Origin: Macrostomum lignano
Taxonomy: Eukaryota
DNA length: 64,000 nt
Direction of reading: 5' to 3'
Assembly: GCA_002269645.1 (NCBI GenBank)
Contig: NIVC01000421.1
Coordinates: 186,001-250,000 of the forward strand
Shown: positions 59,355-64,000 of the stretch, piece after piece
How positions within the stretch are numbered: the first letter of the stretch is position 1
Layout: each line of letters opens with the position of its first letter
The notes under the pieces: generated by a model
What the model was told of the DNA's origin: nothing
The model's database searches: none
The model's input: the letters and a program-made list of their open reading frames with translations, nothing else
Program-made: the position numbers and the translations under genes

Positions 59355-60016
59355 GAAATTCTCAGGGTGGTTCAGGGGCGATTCTCAGGGTGTTTAGCGG
59401 CGATTCTCAAAGTAGTTTAGGGACGATTCTCAAGGTGGTTTAGGGGCGATTCTCAAGGTGGTTTAGGGGCGATTCTCAAGGTGGTTTAGGGGCGATTCTT
59501 AAAGTGGTTTAGGGCGATTCTCAAGGTGGTTTGAAGGCGATTCTCAGGATGGTTTAGGGGCGATTCTCAAGGTGGTTTGAAGGCGATTCTCAGGATGGGT
59601 TGAAGGCGATTCTCAGGATGGGTTGAAGGCGATTCTCAGGATGGTTTGAAGGCGACTCTCAGGATGGTTTGAAGGCGATTCTCAGGATGGTTTAGGGGCG
59701 ATTCTCAGGATGGTTTTAAGGCGATTCTCAGGATGGTTTAGGGGCGATTCTCAGGGTGGTTTGAAGGCGATTCTCAGGATGGCTTAGGGGCGATTCTCAA
59801 GGTGGTTTGAAGGCGATTTTCAGGATGGTTTGAAGGCGACTCTCAGGATGGTTTGAAGGCGATTCTCAGGATGGTTTGAAGGCGACTCTCAGGATGGTTT
59901 GAAGGCGATTCTCAGTATGGTTTGAAGGCGACTCTCAGGATGGTTTGAAGGCGATTCTCAGGATGGTTTGAAGGCGATTCTCAGGATGGTTTGAAGGCGA
60001 TTCTCAGGATGGTTTT
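59355..60016. repeat. 23-bp minisatellite (GGTTTGAAGGCGATTCTCAGGAT)n
   Basis: Direct; related to the 52-kb array. Confidence 0.93.
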
Positions 60017-60397
60017 AACAGTAGAACTACCAAGAGGGGGGGGGGAATTCCCCCCCCTGACAATTTTTTGCTGCGACGGAATGGAGCAACGCAGGCACAC
60101 GAAATTCAAGAACACGGGCTAACTTTTTGTTGCGCACCTTCTCAAACAAGAGTCAAGTCGGCAGCCCTCCGGACCGTCTAGATATTCGACGATTCTGCCA
60201 GAAGTTAGGATTTTTCCCATAAGCGCTAGTGTATTCAGTACACCCCTGTGCGCCAAACAGCACTGCGCCTCAGTGCAGCCTTGCCAAGTCTCCAAATTTC
60301 ATCAGCACGTCGACCACATGTGTCTGCATCAGTTCTGACTTCGTTGGTCACTAGCCTTCACCCAAGTGGAGCTTCTGGACCTTCAACAGCTGTGGCA

Positions 60398-61155
60398 CCA
60401 GGTGACTATGGACACCCTGATGCGGATTTCTCTAGTTTCGCCGATCAAGCCTCGACAGTGGGCAAGAATCAACCGCCAGACATTCTCAGCTAGTCTCTCA
60501 AGCATTCCGTCATCATTTCGACGCCGCCGGCTCTTTCAACAGATTACACCAGGTGACTATGGACAGCCTGATAAGAATTTCTCTAGTTTCGCTGATCAAG
60601 CCTCGACAGTGGGCAAACCTCAACTGCCGCACTTTTTAGCTAGTCTCTCGAGCCTTCAGTCATCACCCTGACGCCGTCGGCACCTTCAACAGATTACACC
60701 AGGTGACTATGGACAGCCTGATAAGAATTTCTCTAGTTTCGCTGATCAAGCCTCGACAGTGGGCAAACCTCAACTGCCGCACTTTTTAGCTAGTCTCTCG
60801 AGCCTTCAGTCATCACCCTGACGCCGTCGGCACCTTCAACAGATTACACCAGGTGACTATGGACAGCCTGATAAGAATTTCTCTAGTTTCGCTGATCAAG
60901 CCTCGACAGTGGGCAAACCTTAACTGCCGCACTTTTTAGCTAGTCTCTCGAGCCTTCAGTCATCACCCTGACGCCGTCGGCACCTTCAACAGATTACAAC
61001 CAGGTGACTATGGACATCCTGTTGGAACTATGTCAGATTTTTCTTATCAAGCTTCAATAATGGGCAAACCTCAACTGCCGGAAATTCTCAGCTAGTCTCT
61101 CGAGCCTTCAGTCATCACCCCGACGCCGTCGGCACCTTCAACAGATGGAACCAGG
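60398..61155 (+). repeat. 150-bp tandem repeat, 5 copies, coding-like (PGDYGQPDKNFSSFADQASTVGK...)
   Basis: CCAGGTGA at 60398, 60549, 60699, 60849, 61000 and 61151. Confidence 0.9.
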
Positions 61156-61601
61156 TGAGTAAGGACACCTGAGCGTGATTTTTCATCATGCTCTTAACAT
61201 TTCTGAAGCTCTCAAATTTTTTTAAGCACTGGACATTGCTATAGTTAAGCTTGAACTCGAATGTACAGCAGTAGCTATCATGCTTTTGCGCTAATTTTCA
61301 TTTCTGTTTTATTATAATACTAGTAGCTACCTTTACTTGATCCTAAATTCCATTAGCGTGCCAGTAAATTCAATTGGTTTTTTCATTTTTTAAAAGCATA
61401 ACCCTTTCTGTATAAAAATTGGGTTCAATATTATAGTTGAATAAGCTAAACAGCTTGTCAAATAAAATATGTATGTAGCTCGTATGCATAAAAGTATGTG
61501 TAATAATAATATAAATATACAGCAACATGACTTATGTATATTATTATCAGGATGGCTGGCTAAAAGGAAGACAAGAAGCAACATGACTGCAAGAAACCCA
61601 C

Positions 61602-62023
61602 CAGTTCAGACACGTCGCCAACAATGACATCGTCCTGGCGGCAGCAGATCTGATCCTTCAGATCAGCCAGAGTGTGCCGGGCTCGCAGCAGAATGAGCTG
61701 GCTGCAGCGCAGGTAGTTAGCAAAGGACCTGGCCACACCGCGCCCTCCAACATCTGGCAGGGGAACGTACACCCGAACAGTCACTAGAAGGTCGTCCATC
61801 TCGCTAGGCGACAGAGGCTTAGCGAACTGCTTGACTGGCAGACTGGCTCTGTCGTGAGCGCACAGTAGTTCTATAGCGGGAAGCCGATCCCTGTTGTTGA
61901 GGAATCCTGACGCTGCTTTGGACAGCGGCTCCGAGTTTTGGCGCAACCTTCTCAGCGTTGCCAATGTTGAAATTTGATGGCGCGGATTGCGCAGAGAATT
62001 TGGGCTGAGGAAGCTGCACAGAC
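61602..62023 (-). CDS. SNAPC3: SNAPC3, exon 2/3
   Basis: CCCACAG| phase 1 and CTG|GTGGGT phase 0; LILLRARHTLADLKDQICCRQDDVIVGDVS matches the SNAP50 VLGSQ.L..LRD.I.C..D motif. Confidence 0.85.
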
Positions 62024-62089
62024 CTGTGGGATTCGGGATGGCGCTGTGGGATTAAATATGAGGGATTTTGAAAGGCTTCAGATACAATG

Positions 62090-62960
62090 GGATTTGGGAA
62101 GAAATAGGATTTTACAATGGGATTTTACAATGGGATTTGTGAAGAAATGGGATTTTACAATGGGATTTGGGAAGAAATGGGATTGTACAATGGAATTTGG
62201 GAAGAAATGGGATTTTACAATGGGATTTGGGAAGAAATGGGATTTTACAATGGGATTTGGGAAGAAATGGGATTTTACAATGGGATTTGGGAAGAAATGG
62301 GATTTTACAATGGGATTTGGGAAGAAATGGGATTTTACAATGGGATTTGGGAGAAATGGGATTGTACAATGGAATTTGGGAAGAAATGGGATTTTACAAT
62401 GGGATTTGGGAAGAAATGGGATTGTACAATGGAATTTGGGAAGAAATGGGATTTTACAATGGGATTTGGGAAGAAATGGGATTTTACAATGGAATTTGGG
62501 AAGAAATGGGATTTTACAATGGGATTTGGGAAGAAATGGGACTCTACAATGGGATTTGGGAAGAAAATGGGATTTGGGAAGAAATGGGATTTTACAATAG
62601 GATTTGGGAAGAAATGGGATTTTATAATGGAATTTGGAAAGAAATGGGATTTTACTATGGAATTTGGGAAGAAATGGGATTTGGGAAGAAATGGGACTCT
62701 ACAATGGGATTTGGGAAGAAATGGGACTTTACAATGGGATTTGGGAAGAAATGGGACTCTACAATGGGATTTGGGAAGAAATGGGACTTTACAATACAAT
62801 GGAATTTGGGAAGAAATGGGATTTTACAATAGGATTTGGGAAGAAATGGGACTTTATAATGGGATTTGAGAAACGGGATTCGACATGGAAAGAGATTTTA
62901 TTCTACAATGGGATTGAGGATGAGATGGGATTTTTACGGTGGGACGAGAAATGGGAAGAA
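62090..62960. repeat. 30-bp minisatellite (GGGATTTGGGAAGAAATGGGATTTTACAAT)n
   Basis: Direct; fills SNAPC3 intron 1. Confidence 0.95.
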
Positions 62961-63215
62961 ATTATGGCTCTTCACCCAATAATACATGTACATGCAATAT
63001 TTGCGAGCACCCTGGAGCAAAGCCTTTGGCGACCTCGTCACACAACCAGCTAGCGGTGAGGCAGTTCTGCCCATTCCACAGACTCCTTAGCACATACAAG
63101 CGCCCCAATACTGTACGCAGGCACGAGCTCACACCGGGTGTAGTTTAATTTGGGAAGTAGAGACTTTAGGCTGAGCAGAGACGGAAACAGTGATGAAGCA
63201 TAGATCCAGTCTCAC

Positions 63216-63537
63216 CCGTCAGGGCGGCATGGTTACTAGCGTCATCAGCCTCGGCAGCGGCATCGAGCAGGTCCCGCCTGACGGCATCCGGGTTGCACTC
63301 GGAAGCCAGGGCAGTCACGTCAACGTCGGGAAATTCTCGAGTCAGCTCCGAGAGCAGCTGAGATTGCACAGCCGCTTCAGCTGTCGCCGTTGCAGTCTCC
63401 GTCGCCGTAGACGAAGTGGTTGAATCTGGAAACACCTCAGAGGCGGCATTCTGCATAGCCAATAGTAGTTGACGAAGGTTCAACCAATCGGAATGAGGAT
63501 GAATTGAGGTTTCGTCCTGAGGCTTAGTGTCAGACAT
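63216..63537 (-). CDS. SNAPC3: SNAPC3, exon 1/3
   Basis: MSDTKPQDETSIHPHSDWLNLRQ...ALASECNPDAVR; donor G|GTGAGA, phase 1; full join 1278 nt = 425 aa. Confidence 0.75.
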
Positions 63538-63699
63538 TGTTGCGTTGAGATTGATACAGTTCTTCTTTGCATAAAATATTGTAAATGCAAAATAAATATT
63601 GAACATATTTAGGAATTACAAAGACAAATTACTGTTGCGCATTCTTTGGGACTTCTTAGAATGGTTTGGTTCGTATGTACATTTGGGTTGGGTTGGGTA

Positions 63700-64000
63700 T
63701 TATATGTACATAGGAGTAGAGATAGAATTGGCCTTAAGTGTATACATTGGGGTAGGGATAGGGTTGGCCTCGAGTGTACATCGGGGTAGGGATGGGGTTG
63801 GCCTCGACTGTACATTAGGTAGCGATGGATGAGTGTACATCGGGGTAGGGATAGGGCTTGCCTCGAGTGTACATTCGGGTAGCGATGGGGTGGATGTACA
63901 TCGGGGTAGGGATGGGGTTGGCCACAACTGTACATTAGGTAGCGATGGGTGAGTGTACATCGGGGTGAGGATAGGGCTTGCCTCGAGTGTACATTCAGGT
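63700..64000. repeat. About 60-bp (2x30) TGTACA-containing repeat running off the window end
   Basis: GTGTACATTAGGTAGCGATGG..GAGTGTACATCGGGGTAGGGAT.. repeated. Confidence 0.88.

Noticed and set aside
61974-63053. KKWDFTMGFG / EEMGFYNGIW repeat ORFs
   Set aside because: 30-bp satellite open in several frames inside SNAPC3 intron 1.

Overview
Repeat-rich animal genomic DNA, not prokaryotic. GC-rich exons sit in AT-rich introns, and almost every intron carries its own micro- or minisatellite. Gene content and style suggest a free-living flatworm such as Macrostomum (inference only). Seven protein-coding genes were assembled by hand from GT-AG junctions with consistent phases: (1) vasopressin/oxytocin-type neuropeptide-neurophysin precursor, minus strand, 3 exons, peptide CFINNCPPG-GKR; (2) PTB-domain protein, plus; (3) ZNF800-like zinc-finger protein, minus; (4) RDL-like GABA-gated chloride channel spread over about 21 kb, plus; (5) long-coil-1b cytoplasmic intermediate filament, plus; (6) SNAPC3/SNAP50, minus; (7) an intronless secreted C-type lectin + PAN-like gene nested in SNAPC3 intron 2. 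Mobile DNA includes a decayed RTE-like LINE end, two CORE-type tRNA-SINE copies, MITEs and a Lep1/Helentron-like core. The strongest leads are: a neuropeptide that may be N-terminally extended and whose neurophysin lacks the hormone-binding Glu/Arg; two minimal hammerhead-ribozyme motifs 240 nt apart just upstream of it on the same strand; inverted minisatellite arrays bracketing single essential exons in two genes; and a natural M3 Gly-to-Val change at the insecticide/ivermectin site of the RDL-like channel. All homology calls are from recalled family motifs; no database search was run.
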